This document shows positions 41,201-50,845 of a stretch of 63,619 nucleotides of DNA, piece after piece. The stretch is from Candidatus Scatovivens sp. (GTDB lineage Bacteria; Bacillota; Clostridia; TANB77; CAG-508). Location: contig JBJFFD010000046.1 in the NCBI GenBank assembly GCA_051891335.1, forward strand, positions 1 to 63,619, written 5' to 3'. Below the pieces are notes generated by a model that was not told the DNA's origin, did no database searches, and saw nothing but the letters and a program-made list of their open reading frames with translations. Within the stretch, counting starts at the first letter, position 1; each line of letters starts with the position of its first letter. A program made the position numbers and the translations under genes.

Positions 41201-41316
41201 AAAAACTCCTTATCAAATTAATAAAAACATTTTAACATATAAAATAAATAAAGTCCATTTTTATTGTTGATATAAAAAAATGATAATGTTATAATTTAAA
41301 TATAGAAACTAGGAGT

Positions 41317-42075
41317 ATGAGTATGATGAAGACATTTTATGATATTTTAAAAATTAAACAAAATGCAACTAATGAGGAGATTATAGATTCTTATAATAAA
41401 CTTGAAAAAAAATATAAGTCAGATGAAGAAAAATTGAAGAATATTCAAGTAGCAAAACAAATTTTAACTAATCCTGAAGCAAGAGAAAATTATGACAAAA
41501 AGATATATGAAATGCAACAAAATGAGCTTATTTCAACTATAAAAAATAATACACAAAAATATAACATTGAAAAACAGAAAATAGATAAGATTAATGCAGA
41601 TAAGAAAAAACTAATAGAAGAAAAAGAAAAGAAAAAAGATGAAATTGATCAGATAAGAAAAAATATTAATAAACCTGATGATAATCCAGAATACATTAAG
41701 CAAAAATTGAAGATTAAAGAACAAAAAGAATTAGAAAAACAAGAAAGAATAGAAAATAGAAATAATAAAAAAATTTTAAAAAAGGAAGAGAGAAAAAGAA
41801 AAGAATTATATGAAGAAGCTTACTCAAAATATTTAGAAAGTTTAGGATTTAAAGTAAAAAGAAAATGGACTTTTAAGAGAATAAAGAGACTATTTATATC
41901 CATTGTTTCTATCATTATAATTTGTATAATACTTTGGCTCATACCAGGAGTTAGAAGTAAATTAATTGATTTTTATGAAAATAATTTTGTTGTGAAATTA
42001 TTTATTGATTTAATAATTTCGATAATAGAAATAATATATTCGGGAATAAAATCATTATTGAAAGTTGGTGAGTAA
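41317..42075 (+). CDS. Membrane protein with a degenerate J-domain (HPD replaced by KSD) and a Lys/Glu-rich coiled linker
   Basis: FYDILKIKQNATNEEIIDSYNKLEKKYKSDEE...ILTNPEARENYDKK aligns with the DnaJ J-domain pattern. A C-terminal TM segment is present. Confidence 0.6.
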   Translation: MSMMKTFYDILKIKQNATNEEIIDSYNKLEKKYKSDEEKLKNIQVAKQILTNPEARENYDKKIYEMQQNELISTIKNNTQKYNIEKQKIDKINADKKKLIEEKEKKKDEIDQIRKNINKPDDNPEYIKQKLKIKEQKELEKQERIENRNNKKILKKEERKRKELYEEAYSKYLESLGFKVKRKWTFKRIKRLFISIVSIIIICIILWLIPGVRSKLIDFYENNFVVKLFIDLIISIIEIIYSGIKSLLKVGE

Positions 42076-43882
42076 TATAAAAAAAAGTAAAAAAGAAGCA
42101 AGAAAAGTAATGAACTTTAAAATTAGAGTTTTTGGAATTGGAATGACGATATTATTTATTATAGTAGCTATTAGCTTAGGTATAATAATTTTTATTCATG
42201 GAGAAGAATATAGTCAAAGTGCATATAAAAATCAAACCAAGAACCAGATAATAAGCCCTAAAAGAGGAATAATATACGATTGCAACGGAGAAATATTAGC
42301 TATGAGTGTTTCTGTAGATACTGTATCTATTAATCCAGATAATGTTAAATATTCTAATGATAAAAAAGTAGAACCAGAGGTATTAGCTAAAAAGTTTTCG
42401 GATTTGTTTGATTCTTTAACTTATGAGGAAGCACTTGAAAAGGTAAACAGTAATAGTTCAGTTGTTATTATTGCTAGAAAAGTTGAAAATGAAAAAATAA
42501 CTGAATTAAAAAATTGGATGAAGGAAAACAAAATTACTACAGGAATAAATATAGATGAAGATTCAAAAAGGAATTATCCAAATAATGACTTGGCATCAAA
42601 TTTGTTAGGATTTTGTGGAACAGATAATACTGGAATAATTGGTATAGAAGAAAGATGGAATGATATCTTAACTGGAACTGCGGGTAAGATAGTTGCTACA
42701 AAAGATAATAATGGAGAAATAATATCTGATGAGGCAGAACAATATGTTAAAGAAGAAAATGGGAGAAACTTATATCTAACAATAGACACTAATATACAAG
42801 CAATAACAGAAAGATGTTTAGAAGAGGCTTGTGTTTCTAATAATTCTTTAAGAGGTGGAAATGTCATAATAATGAATCCGCAAAATGGAGATATACTATC
42901 TATGGCTACATATCCAGATTATAATTTGAACGATCCGTTTAATATTGAAGCTACTGGCTTGCAAGATGTTTGGGATGGGTTAAGCAAAGAAGAAAAGAAT
43001 TCTGCATATACTTCATTATGGGCTAACAGAGCAGTTTCTTCAACGTATGAACCTGGATCTACTTTTAAATTATTGGTAGCAGCAGCAGGGCTAGAAGAAA
43101 ATCTAGTAGAAACAGATACAGATGGAGAATTTGTATGTACAGGTTCATACGTGGTGGCTGATAGAACTATCAGTTGTTGGAGAAAAGAACCTCATGGACA
43201 TCAAAGTTTAAGACTAGCTCTTCAAAATTCTTGCAATCCAGCATTTATGCAGTTAGGACAAAGAATAGGAGTAAGTTTACTATATAAATATTTTGAAGCA
43301 TTTGGATTATTTGATAGAACTGGTGATGATATTGCAAAAACTTATAATGGAGTATTTTTTGAAGAATCAAAAATTGCTGCACCAGAACTTGCAACAATGT
43401 CATTTGGACAGAGAATTGAAATATCACCATTACAATTAATAACTGCAGTATCTGCTATAGCAAATGATGGAGTATTAGTAAAACCAAGAATAGTAAGTAA
43501 AATAGAAAATCCAGATACAAAAAGTGTTGAAACAGTTGATGTAGAAGAAATAAGACAAGTTATATCAAAAGAAACTGCTGGAAAAGTAAAAGATATGATG
43601 AGATCTGTTGTAAAAGATGGTACAGGAAAAACAGCTGCTGTAAATGGATATGAGATAGGAGGAAAAAGTGGTACATCAGAACCAAGAGAAAATTATGAAG
43701 AAGAAGGATATGTTGCATCATTTATAGCAATTTCTCCTATAGAAAATACTCAAGTTGTTGTTTTAGTTACAATATATGGTGTACATGGTCAAGTGCATCA
43801 AGGAGGACAAGTTGCAGGACCAGTTGCTAAAAATATATTAACAGAAATATTACCGTATTTAGGAGTAACTGGAGAAAATTAG
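42065..43882 (+). CDS. Class B penicillin-binding protein (FtsI/SpoVD-type transpeptidase)
   Basis: N-terminal TM segment, PBP dimer domain, SxxK (STFK), SxN (SCN) and K(S/T)G (KSGT). The start is uncertain (TTG 42065 or ATG 42110). Confidence 0.85.
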   Translation: MVSNIKKSKKEARKVMNFKIRVFGIGMTILFIIVAISLGIIIFIHGEEYSQSAYKNQTKNQIISPKRGIIYDCNGEILAMSVSVDTVSINPDNVKYSNDKKVEPEVLAKKFSDLFDSLTYEEALEKVNSNSSVVIIARKVENEKITELKNWMKENKITTGINIDEDSKRNYPNNDLASNLLGFCGTDNTGIIGIEERWNDILTGTAGKIVATKDNNGEIISDEAEQYVKEENGRNLYLTIDTNIQAITERCLEEACVSNNSLRGGNVIIMNPQNGDILSMATYPDYNLNDPFNIEATGLQDVWDGLSKEEKNSAYTSLWANRAVSSTYEPGSTFKLLVAAAGLEENLVETDTDGEFVCTGSYVVADRTISCWRKEPHGHQSLRLALQNSCNPAFMQLGQRIGVSLLYKYFEAFGLFDRTGDDIAKTYNGVFFEESKIAAPELATMSFGQRIEISPLQLITAVSAIANDGVLVKPRIVSKIENPDTKSVETVDVEEIRQVISKETAGKVKDMMRSVVKDGTGKTAAVNGYEIGGKSGTSEPRENYEEEGYVASFIAISPIENTQVVVLVTIYGVHGQVHQGGQVAGPVAKNILTEILPYLGVTGEN

Positions 43883-43929
43883 AATAATAAAAAAGAAAGA
43901 ATCATACAATTAAAAAAGAGGTGAATTGT

Positions 43930-44775
43930 ATGATTCTTTTTAATAAAATGCAGGGAACAGAAAATGATTTTATAGTAATTAATTGCATTAATCAACAATT
44001 TGGATATAGTTATAATATTCTGTCTAAATTTTTATGCAATAGAAATTTAGGAGTAGGAGCAGATGGAGTAATTTTGATTTTTAATAGCAGTATAGCAGAT
44101 TACAAAATGAGAATCTTTAATAAAGATGGAACTGAAGCTGGAATGTGTGGAAACGGAATAAGATGTGTTGCAAAATACATATATGAAAATATTGAGAAAA
44201 GAGAAAAATTAAAAATTGAGACTAATTCTGGAATAAAACAATTATATATAAATCTAGAAAATAATAAAATTAAGAGCATTTCTGTAAATATTGGAAAAGC
44301 AATATTAGAAACTGAAAAAATTCCCGTTTATTTGCCATATAATAATTTTAAAGAAGACATAAGTAGCATAAATATTAATATAAATGAAAATAGTTTTAAA
44401 TTTTATTTTATTTCTGTTGGAAATCCACACGCAGTATGTTTTGTAGATAATATAAATAAAATAGATGTAAAAAAATATGGAAAAATAGTTGAAAATTATA
44501 AATATTTTCCGAATAAAATAAATGTTGAATTTGTACAAGTAATAGATAATGAGAATATTAAAGTTAGAGTTTGGGAAAGAGGAGTGGGAGAAACTTTATC
44601 TTGCGGAACAGGAGCAAGTAGTGCTGCATTTGTAGCAATAAAACAGTTGAAATTAAAAAATGATTTAAATGTTGAATTAAAAGGAGGAAAACTAAAAGTA
44701 CATATTAATGAGAACGATGATATAATATTAACAGGACCAGCAGAAACAGTTTTTGAAGGAAAGATAAATCTATAA
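43930..44775 (+). CDS. dapF: Diaminopimelate epimerase
   Basis: ATG 43930 follows AAGAGGTG. FNKMQGTENDFIVI is present, with two catalytic Cys motifs (MCGNGIRC and SCGTGASS). Confidence 0.9.
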   Translation: MILFNKMQGTENDFIVINCINQQFGYSYNILSKFLCNRNLGVGADGVILIFNSSIADYKMRIFNKDGTEAGMCGNGIRCVAKYIYENIEKREKLKIETNSGIKQLYINLENNKIKSISVNIGKAILETEKIPVYLPYNNFKEDISSINININENSFKFYFISVGNPHAVCFVDNINKIDVKKYGKIVENYKYFPNKINVEFVQVIDNENIKVRVWERGVGETLSCGTGASSAAFVAIKQLKLKNDLNVELKGGKLKVHINENDDIILTGPAETVFEGKINL

Positions 44776-44779
44776 AATT

Positions 44780-44813
44780 AAGTGATGGTTGATGTTCACA
44801 TCAACCATCACTT
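44780..44813. terminator. Bidirectional hairpin between dapF and murE
   Basis: About 15-bp stem AAGTGATGGTTGATG / CATCAACCATCACTT overlapping the murE stop codon. Confidence 0.65.
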
Positions 44814-46295
44814 ATCTAACATTTCATCAATGATTTGAGCAATTACTTTTCTTTCATCATAAGGATATTTTACACCATTTTTTTCAAGATATAAATCATG
44901 CCCAAGTCCTGGAATTACTATAATATCTCCTGGTTTGGCAATTGAAATTGCATATCTTATTCCCTCTGTTCTATCTACTATAATTTTATAAGGTTTTCCT
45001 GTTGGAATAATACCTTTTTCTATGTCTTTTAGAATAGATAGAGGATCTTCAGTACGAACTTGATCTGACATTAGAACTGTAAAATCTGCTAAACGACCAG
45101 AAATTTCTCCCATAATTGGACGTTTTGCTTTATCTCTATCTCCACCAACGCCCCAAGCACATATTACTTTTCCTTTAGCATAAGAATTAACAGCAGTTAA
45201 AATACTTTCGAGACTGGAAGGCGTGTGTGCGTAATCTATGAGTATTGTTAATCCTAATTTGTTTGGAACTAGTTCACTTCTACCAAGTACTTTTAAATTC
45301 TTTAAAGCTTTTCTTATTTCCTCTGCAGAAACATCAAATGTAGATGCAACAGCTATTGCTCCAAGAGAATTATAAACACTAAACTTACCAGGTATTCCAA
45401 CCTCAATTCTTTCTATATTATTCTTGTAATTTAAATCGAAGTCAATATAAGAATCAGATATTTCTAATGTATGTGGGTTAGCCTTAAAAGTAGCTTCATT
45501 ATCAATTCCAAATGTAATAATATTTTTATCAGGTAAAATTGATGAAATTTGTTTTACTTTTTCATCATCATTATTTATAACGCATATTTTAGATTGCTTT
45601 AAAAGTTCTAGTTTACAGTTAAAATAATCATCTAAGTTAGGATGCTCTTTAGGACTTATATGATCTTCAGAAAAGTTTGTAAATATGCTAATATCAAAAT
45701 CACAACCAGTTACCCTATCTAATTTCATTGCTTGGGAAGAGACTTCAATAATTGCAACATCTACTTTTTTTTCTACCATTAAGCTTAAATATCTCTGAAT
45801 ATCCATGCTTTCAGGAGTTGTCCTATCAGTATCTTCAATTTTTTCATCATTTATATAGCATGCTATACTACCAACTAAACCTACATTTAAGCCATGAGCT
45901 TCTAGTAAGGCTTTAATCATAAATGTAGTAGTTGTTTTTCCTTTAGTTCCTGTAACTCCGATTAAAGTTAATTTTTTAGACGGGTTATTATAAAAATTGC
46001 AAGCAATTTGGGCTAAAGCTTTTCTAGTATTGTTAACTGCTATTACAGGTAAATTTAAATTTAAATTATTAATGTCAACATCAGGTTCAACAATAATGGC
46101 CATTGCACCATTTTCAATTGCACTTGGAATAAAGTCTATTCCATTTTTAGTAAATCCATTTATGGCAATAAATAAGCCATTTTCTTTTATCTTTCTAGAA
46201 TCTGAGTTTATATTAGAAATATCTATATTTAAATCACCAATATAATTTTTGATATCTAATCCAGAAATTAAATTTTTTAGTAACAAATTAATCAC
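44808..46295 (-). CDS. murE: UDP-N-acetylmuramoyl-L-alanyl-D-glutamate--2,6-diaminopimelate ligase
   Basis: P-loop GVTGTKGKTTT, the DYAHTP motif and a C-terminal DDR-type region (DQVRTEDP). 495 aa. Confidence 0.9.
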   Translation of the reverse strand: MINLLLKNLISGLDIKNYIGDLNIDISNINSDSRKIKENGLFIAINGFTKNGIDFIPSAIENGAMAIIVEPDVDINNLNLNLPVIAVNNTRKALAQIACNFYNNPSKKLTLIGVTGTKGKTTTTFMIKALLEAHGLNVGLVGSIACYINDEKIEDTDRTTPESMDIQRYLSLMVEKKVDVAIIEVSSQAMKLDRVTGCDFDISIFTNFSEDHISPKEHPNLDDYFNCKLELLKQSKICVINNDDEKVKQISSILPDKNIITFGIDNEATFKANPHTLEISDSYIDFDLNYKNNIERIEVGIPGKFSVYNSLGAIAVASTFDVSAEEIRKALKNLKVLGRSELVPNKLGLTILIDYAHTPSSLESILTAVNSYAKGKVICAWGVGGDRDKAKRPIMGEISGRLADFTVLMSDQVRTEDPLSILKDIEKGIIPTGKPYKIIVDRTEGIRYAISIAKPGDIIVIPGLGHDLYLEKNGVKYPYDERKVIAQIIDEMLDK

Positions 46296-46423
46296 CTCTA
46301 TAATTTTTTTCTTATTATATAGCTTAAAAATTAATTTGTAAATAATAAGTAAAAAATTGAAAAAGTTTAATACACTATGTTTGAACTTATTATAATATGA
46401 AAAAAGAGCCTGAAGCTAGGCTC

Positions 46424-46618
46424 TTATCCTCCAAATGCAAAAGCAAAAATTGCTTTTGCGAAAAAGTAGAGGAGGAATATTACTCCTATTAGATACAATG
46501 GACGAAAGTCTTCGATAAGAAAACTCCGAATGGCTTTATACAAAATCCAAATCCACAATGCAACAAGGGCAATAATTCCTAATATAAAAAACATCATGTA
46601 GCAACACTCCTTAAGCAA
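46424..46618 (-). CDS. Small two-helix membrane protein (contains one of the two non-shifting in-frame CGG codons)
   Basis: 64-aa hydrophobic ORF. The stop is followed on its own strand by the hairpin AGAGCCTAGCTTCAGGCTCT plus a T-run (46396-46423). The CGG codon is at 46534-46532 (sense ATT CGG AGT). Confidence 0.5.
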   Translation of the reverse strand: MLKECCYMMFFILGIIALVALWIWILYKAIRSFLIEDFRPLYLIGVIFLLYFFAKAIFAFAFGG

Positions 46619-46760
46619 TATATAAATATATTATAACATATCTATGTAAAAAAGAAAATACGGTTGAAATGTAAATTTTGAAGTGATATATTATCAATAT
46701 AAAAATGATAATAATAATTTATTATTATTTAGAATAAAATCTTCTAAAGGAGATATAAAA

Positions 46761-47990
46761 ATGATTAAAATTAATGAAAACTTTTTAGATTTACAAGATA
46801 GCTATTTATTTTCAACAATAGCTAAAAAAATTGGAGAATATCAAAGGAAAAATCCAGAAAAAAAGATTATCAAACTAGGAATAGGAGATGTAACAAGACC
46901 AATAGTTCCTGAAATTGTAAAAGCTATGAATAAAGCTGCTTATGAAGTTGGAAATTCAGAAACATTTAAAGGCTATGGTCCTGAACAAGGATATGATTTT
47001 TTAAGAGAAAAAATTGTAAAATATGATTACAATTCTAGAAATGTAGATATAGATATTGATGAAATATTTGTATCAGATGGGGCAAAATGTGATTGTGGAA
47101 ATATAGGAGATATATTTAGCAAAGATAATGTTGTGGCAATTACTGATCCTGTATATCCAGTATATCTAGATACTAATGTAATGGCAGGAAGAAGCGGAAA
47201 ATTTGATGAAAAAAATGGTAAATATGAAAAAATAGTTTACATCCCATCAGTGTCTGAAAATGATTTTAAACCAGAATTACCTAAGCAAAAAGTAGATATG
47301 ATTTATCTTTGTTTTCCTAATAATCCAACAGGAACAACAATAAATAAAAATGAATTAAAAAAATGGGTGGACTATGCTAAAGAAAATAAATCTATAATTT
47401 TATATGACTCTGCATATGAAGCTTATATTTCAGAAGATGATGTTGCTCATACAATATATGAAATAGAAGGAGCAAAAGATGTTGCAATAGAATTTAGAAG
47501 TTTTTCAAAAACAGCCGGATTTACAGGAATAAGATGCGCATATACTGTTGTTCCTAAAAAATTAAAAGGATATACAGAAAAAGGAAAAGAAATCAGTTTA
47601 AATAAATTATGGAATAGGAGACAAACAACTAAATTTAATGGAGTATCATATATAACTCAAAAGGCAGCAGAAGCTGTCTACAGTGATGATGGGCAAAAAC
47701 AGATAAAAGAAAACATTAAATATTATATGAACAATGCAAAAATAATAAGAGAGGGATTAATTGAAGCTGGATATACAGTATATGGAGGAATAAATGCTCC
47801 ATACATATGGCTAAAAGTTCCAGATGGATTAACTTCTTGGGAATTTTTTGACAAACTTTTGACTGAAGTAAATGTTGTTGGAACACCTGGAGTGGGATTT
47901 GGACCAAGTGGAGAAGGATATTTTAGACTAACTGCATTTGGAACAAAAGAAAATACAATAGAAGCTATGAAAAGAATACAAAAAATGTGA
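46761..47990 (+). CDS. dapL: LL-diaminopimelate aminotransferase
   Basis: ATG 46761 follows [42 protein letters not shown] and the PLP-lysine region FSKTAGFTG are typical of DapL. Confidence 0.85.
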   Translation: MIKINENFLDLQDSYLFSTIAKKIGEYQRKNPEKKIIKLGIGDVTRPIVPEIVKAMNKAAYEVGNSETFKGYGPEQGYDFLREKIVKYDYNSRNVDIDIDEIFVSDGAKCDCGNIGDIFSKDNVVAITDPVYPVYLDTNVMAGRSGKFDEKNGKYEKIVYIPSVSENDFKPELPKQKVDMIYLCFPNNPTGTTINKNELKKWVDYAKENKSIILYDSAYEAYISEDDVAHTIYEIEGAKDVAIEFRSFSKTAGFTGIRCAYTVVPKKLKGYTEKGKEISLNKLWNRRQTTKFNGVSYITQKAAEAVYSDDGQKQIKENIKYYMNNAKIIREGLIEAGYTVYGGINAPYIWLKVPDGLTSWEFFDKLLTEVNVVGTPGVGFGPSGEGYFRLTAFGTKENTIEAMKRIQKM

Positions 47991-48141
47991 GAATAAAATA
48001 TTAATTATCTTTCTAGATAGTGTATAAATACAGTAAAATAATAGTGTGTTACGCAAAATCGAAATTTGTAAGAATATTCTATTGATTAAAAAAAATCTTA
48101 ATGATATAATATTCTAAAGAATTATGTAAAAAGGAGAAAGT

Positions 48142-48915
48142 ATGAACCAGATTCTAGTTTCAGAAAAAATATATGTGACACCTGAACTGAAAAAAAAGAA
48201 AAAGATTTATAAAATCGATTTCTTTATTTCTGTTTTTTTAGTATGTATTTTATTTTCTTATTACATATATGCGGAATATGATAAAAACAAAAATGAATCA
48301 ATTTCTAGAGAAATACTTTCAAATTTAAATTTTGAAGAAAATATAGCCGATGACACTACAATAAAATTTACTGATAATAATATTGTTGTTATATTAAATA
48401 CAGAAGATCCTTTTGAAGTAATAGTTTCAGAACCAGTAGAGGAACCAGAAGAAAACAATACTATTAACAGAACTATATATAAAACCGATAGTGGTCAAGA
48501 GTATTATATTGTTGCTACAATAAACATTCCTTCTATAAATTGCAACTATCCAATATTAAACGTAACAACAGATGAATTGTTAAAAATATCACCTACAAGG
48601 TTTTGGGGAGCAGATGAAGATAGAGGAAATGATGATGCAAATGAAGTTGGAAATTTTTGCATAGTTGGTCATAATTATAGAAATTCTAAATTCTTTAGTA
48701 AAGCTATTAATTTAGTTGAAGGAAATATAATAGAATTAACAGATACAAAAAAAGGAAGAACAGTAGAGTATGTTGTTTATGATAAATATGTGGTAGACCC
48801 ATCAGATGTATCATGTACATCTCAAAGAACAAATGGATTAAGAGAAATAACTCTTATAACATGTACAAATGATGGTAAGAAAAGAGTAATTATAAAAGCA
48901 AGAGAAAATGTATAG
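48142..48915 (+). CDS. Sortase family transpeptidase (second sortase, not class B)
   Basis: N-terminal TM segment, catalytic His region (IVGHNYRN), TLITCT active-site motif and a C-terminal Arg region. Confidence 0.8.
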   Translation: MNQILVSEKIYVTPELKKKKKIYKIDFFISVFLVCILFSYYIYAEYDKNKNESISREILSNLNFEENIADDTTIKFTDNNIVVILNTEDPFEVIVSEPVEEPEENNTINRTIYKTDSGQEYYIVATINIPSINCNYPILNVTTDELLKISPTRFWGADEDRGNDDANEVGNFCIVGHNYRNSKFFSKAINLVEGNIIELTDTKKGRTVEYVVYDKYVVDPSDVSCTSQRTNGLREITLITCTNDGKKRVIIKARENV

Positions 48916-48943
48916 ATAAATATAAAAAAGGAGAAAAATTAGA

Positions 48944-49825
48944 ATGGGATATTTTTGGGAAAATTATGAGGAGGCAAAGAAGAATCTTATTGAAAAAGGC
49001 GCAGAAGAAAAACTATTTGAAATGCCTAGCATTAGAGAAAGACTAGAAAAACTTAATATAAGAGTAGAAGATGTTATAGTGAATGAGGATGGCACATTTA
49101 ACTTTGGAGCATATAGAATAAAAAAAGTTAATTTAGAAAATGGAGGTAGTTTTGCAATACAAACGACAAGCGAGAAAGAAGATAATACACATTATGTTAT
49201 GGATGATCCACTTTGGTTAGAAGAAAAGTCGCAAGCATATTTAACAACAGCACAAGTAACATATATAAATGAAGAGGGCATTGAAATAGAAACTAAAATA
49301 AAAGAAAAATATGGTCACAATGAATGTGCTGATGTAGATTTCGAAGATATAAAGGCACCATTGAAAAGAGTGTACATTAGGGAAAATGGAATAATTACTG
49401 AACGAGATCAAAATGGTAGAGAAGTCAAATTTTATGATAATGGACATTGGAGTATATTAGACGGAGACGATGCATTATGCTCTTTTGGAACTATTGAGGG
49501 AGATAAAATTTCTAGGACAATTTCCATCTTCGATTCAAATACTCAAGAGCTTGTTACTAAATATCCAAATTTACAACAGAGTAGCGAACAGAGGAGAAAA
49601 GAATTGTTGAGAAGAATAGACGAAAGAACAGAGAGTGTGGTGGCAGAAAATCAAAAATTAAAAAGTGATAATGAAAGATTACAACAAATGTTGAAAAAGG
49701 CATTATCATTTGCAGAAACTGTTAGGAATAGTAGTATTGGAAAACTTTTCTTTGGAAGAAAGGCAAAAGAACTATTAGGAGAAAAAAATAAAGATGCAAA
49801 ACAATTATCAGAGGGTAGGGAATAA
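48944..49825 (+). CDS. Hypothetical protein with a C-terminal coiled coil
   Basis: ORF with RBS AAAGGAGAAAA. The C-terminal heptad-like segment is ENQKLKSDNERLQQMLKKAL. No family recognised. Confidence 0.45.
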   Translation: MGYFWENYEEAKKNLIEKGAEEKLFEMPSIRERLEKLNIRVEDVIVNEDGTFNFGAYRIKKVNLENGGSFAIQTTSEKEDNTHYVMDDPLWLEEKSQAYLTTAQVTYINEEGIEIETKIKEKYGHNECADVDFEDIKAPLKRVYIRENGIITERDQNGREVKFYDNGHWSILDGDDALCSFGTIEGDKISRTISIFDSNTQELVTKYPNLQQSSEQRRKELLRRIDERTESVVAENQKLKSDNERLQQMLKKALSFAETVRNSSIGKLFFGRKAKELLGEKNKDAKQLSEGRE

Positions 49826-49830
49826 TAAAA

Positions 49831-50001
49831 ATGTATGGTTCAATAATTGGTGATATAGTAGGCTCTATCTATGAATATGATGAGTTTAATAATTCCGAAA
49901 AAGGTACAATAAATTTAGAAAAAAGACTAGAGATATTAACCAAAAAGGATTTAATAGAATTAGAAAAACTAAATTATCAAGTAGATTTAATGTATTATTA
50001 G
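49831..50001 (+). pseudogene. Probable remnant of an ADP-ribosylglycohydrolase-family gene (N-terminal ~20 aa recognisable)
   Basis: MYGSIIGDIVGSIYEYDEF resembles the conserved N-terminus (GxIxGDxxGSxxE(F/Y)) of ADP-ribosylglycohydrolase-like proteins. The ORF is only 56 aa, whereas family members are around 250-350 aa. Confidence 0.4.
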
Positions 50002-50032
50002 AAAATGTATAGATAATGGTAACTAATAAATT

Positions 50033-50077
50033 AAACCTCCATAAAATATATAGTAGATATATATTTTATGGAGGTTT
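50033..50077 (+). promoter_or_regulatory. Perfect 20-bp hairpin whose 3' arm contains the GGAGG Shine-Dalgarno of the downstream peptidase gene
   Basis: AAACCTCCATAAAATATATA (50033-50052) pairs with TATATATTTTATGGAGGTTT (50058-50077), loop GTAGA. GGAGG at 50070-50074 pairs with CCTCC at 50036-50040. A T-run follows. Confidence 0.6.
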
Positions 50078-50079
50078 TT

Positions 50080-50745
50080 ATGGCTAAAATATTAATTTAT
50101 AACAATTATTCAAATAGAATGGAAACATACAATAGAAGCTTAACTCAAGCTATGCCATATAATTCAAATAGAACATTAACAGTAAATGAATTTAGAGGAA
50201 GTAGTAAAAGTAATATATTATGGACAGATGTTCAAACAATGGAATCGTGGAATAGTTTTAGGTATATTTATGGAAGACCAATCTATGTTGGGTTTGCGTT
50301 TAAAAGACCATGGGAGGGAGGACATGGAACATTGAGCCAACATTATGCTGGTGTAGCTTTTGATGTTGGACAAAATTTAACATCAGAAGGAAGAGCATAT
50401 ATGAGAAATCTTGCTGTAAGCTCAAGAATATGGAGCTATGTTGAACCTGCTGCTGATACACCTAGGTGGGTACATTTTGATGATAGATGGGTTGCTTCTG
50501 GATATCCTTTGACAAGATTGGGAAGTAGAGGAAACTATGTTTGTATAGCTCAAGATGCACTAATTAATTTAGGATATAATACAGGAGGACTAGATGGAGT
50601 TTTTGGAAATAGAACTTATAATTCTGTAAAAAGTTTTCAAAGTAAGAATGGATTATCAGCGGATGGAATATTAGGACCAATAACATGGAGAGCATTAATG
50701 AACCAAACAGTTGGCTCTGGAAGCAATAGTAATACTATTAATTAA
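50080..50745 (+). CDS. M15-family (VanY / L-alanyl-D-glutamate peptidase-like) cell-wall hydrolase with a C-terminal PG-binding domain
   Basis: ATG 50080 lies 5 nt after GGAGG. The zinc-site motifs SQHYAGVAFD (SxHxxGxAxD) and WVHFD are present. The C-terminal PG_binding_1 region is LGYNTGGLDGVFGNRTYNSVKSFQSKNGLSADGILGPITWRAL. Confidence 0.7.
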   Translation: MAKILIYNNYSNRMETYNRSLTQAMPYNSNRTLTVNEFRGSSKSNILWTDVQTMESWNSFRYIYGRPIYVGFAFKRPWEGGHGTLSQHYAGVAFDVGQNLTSEGRAYMRNLAVSSRIWSYVEPAADTPRWVHFDDRWVASGYPLTRLGSRGNYVCIAQDALINLGYNTGGLDGVFGNRTYNSVKSFQSKNGLSADGILGPITWRALMNQTVGSGSNSNTIN

Positions 50746-50785
50746 AAGGAGAAAATAAATGTTTTTAAAACTAACAGCATCAATG

Positions 50786-50814
50786 TTGACATAATATTAC
50801 AATGCTGCTATAAT
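50786..50814 (+). promoter_or_regulatory. Consensus sigma-A promoter
   Basis: TTGACA (50786-50791), 17-nt spacer, TATAAT (50809-50814), 32 nt upstream of ATG 50846. Confidence 0.6.
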
Positions 50815-50845
50815 TAATATATAAAAATTATAAGGGAGTGTTAGC

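Noticed and set aside
46619-46760. Lysine (L-box) riboswitch upstream of dapL
   Set aside because: The region is only about 140 nt, almost pure A/T, and lacks the conserved GC-containing L-box helices.
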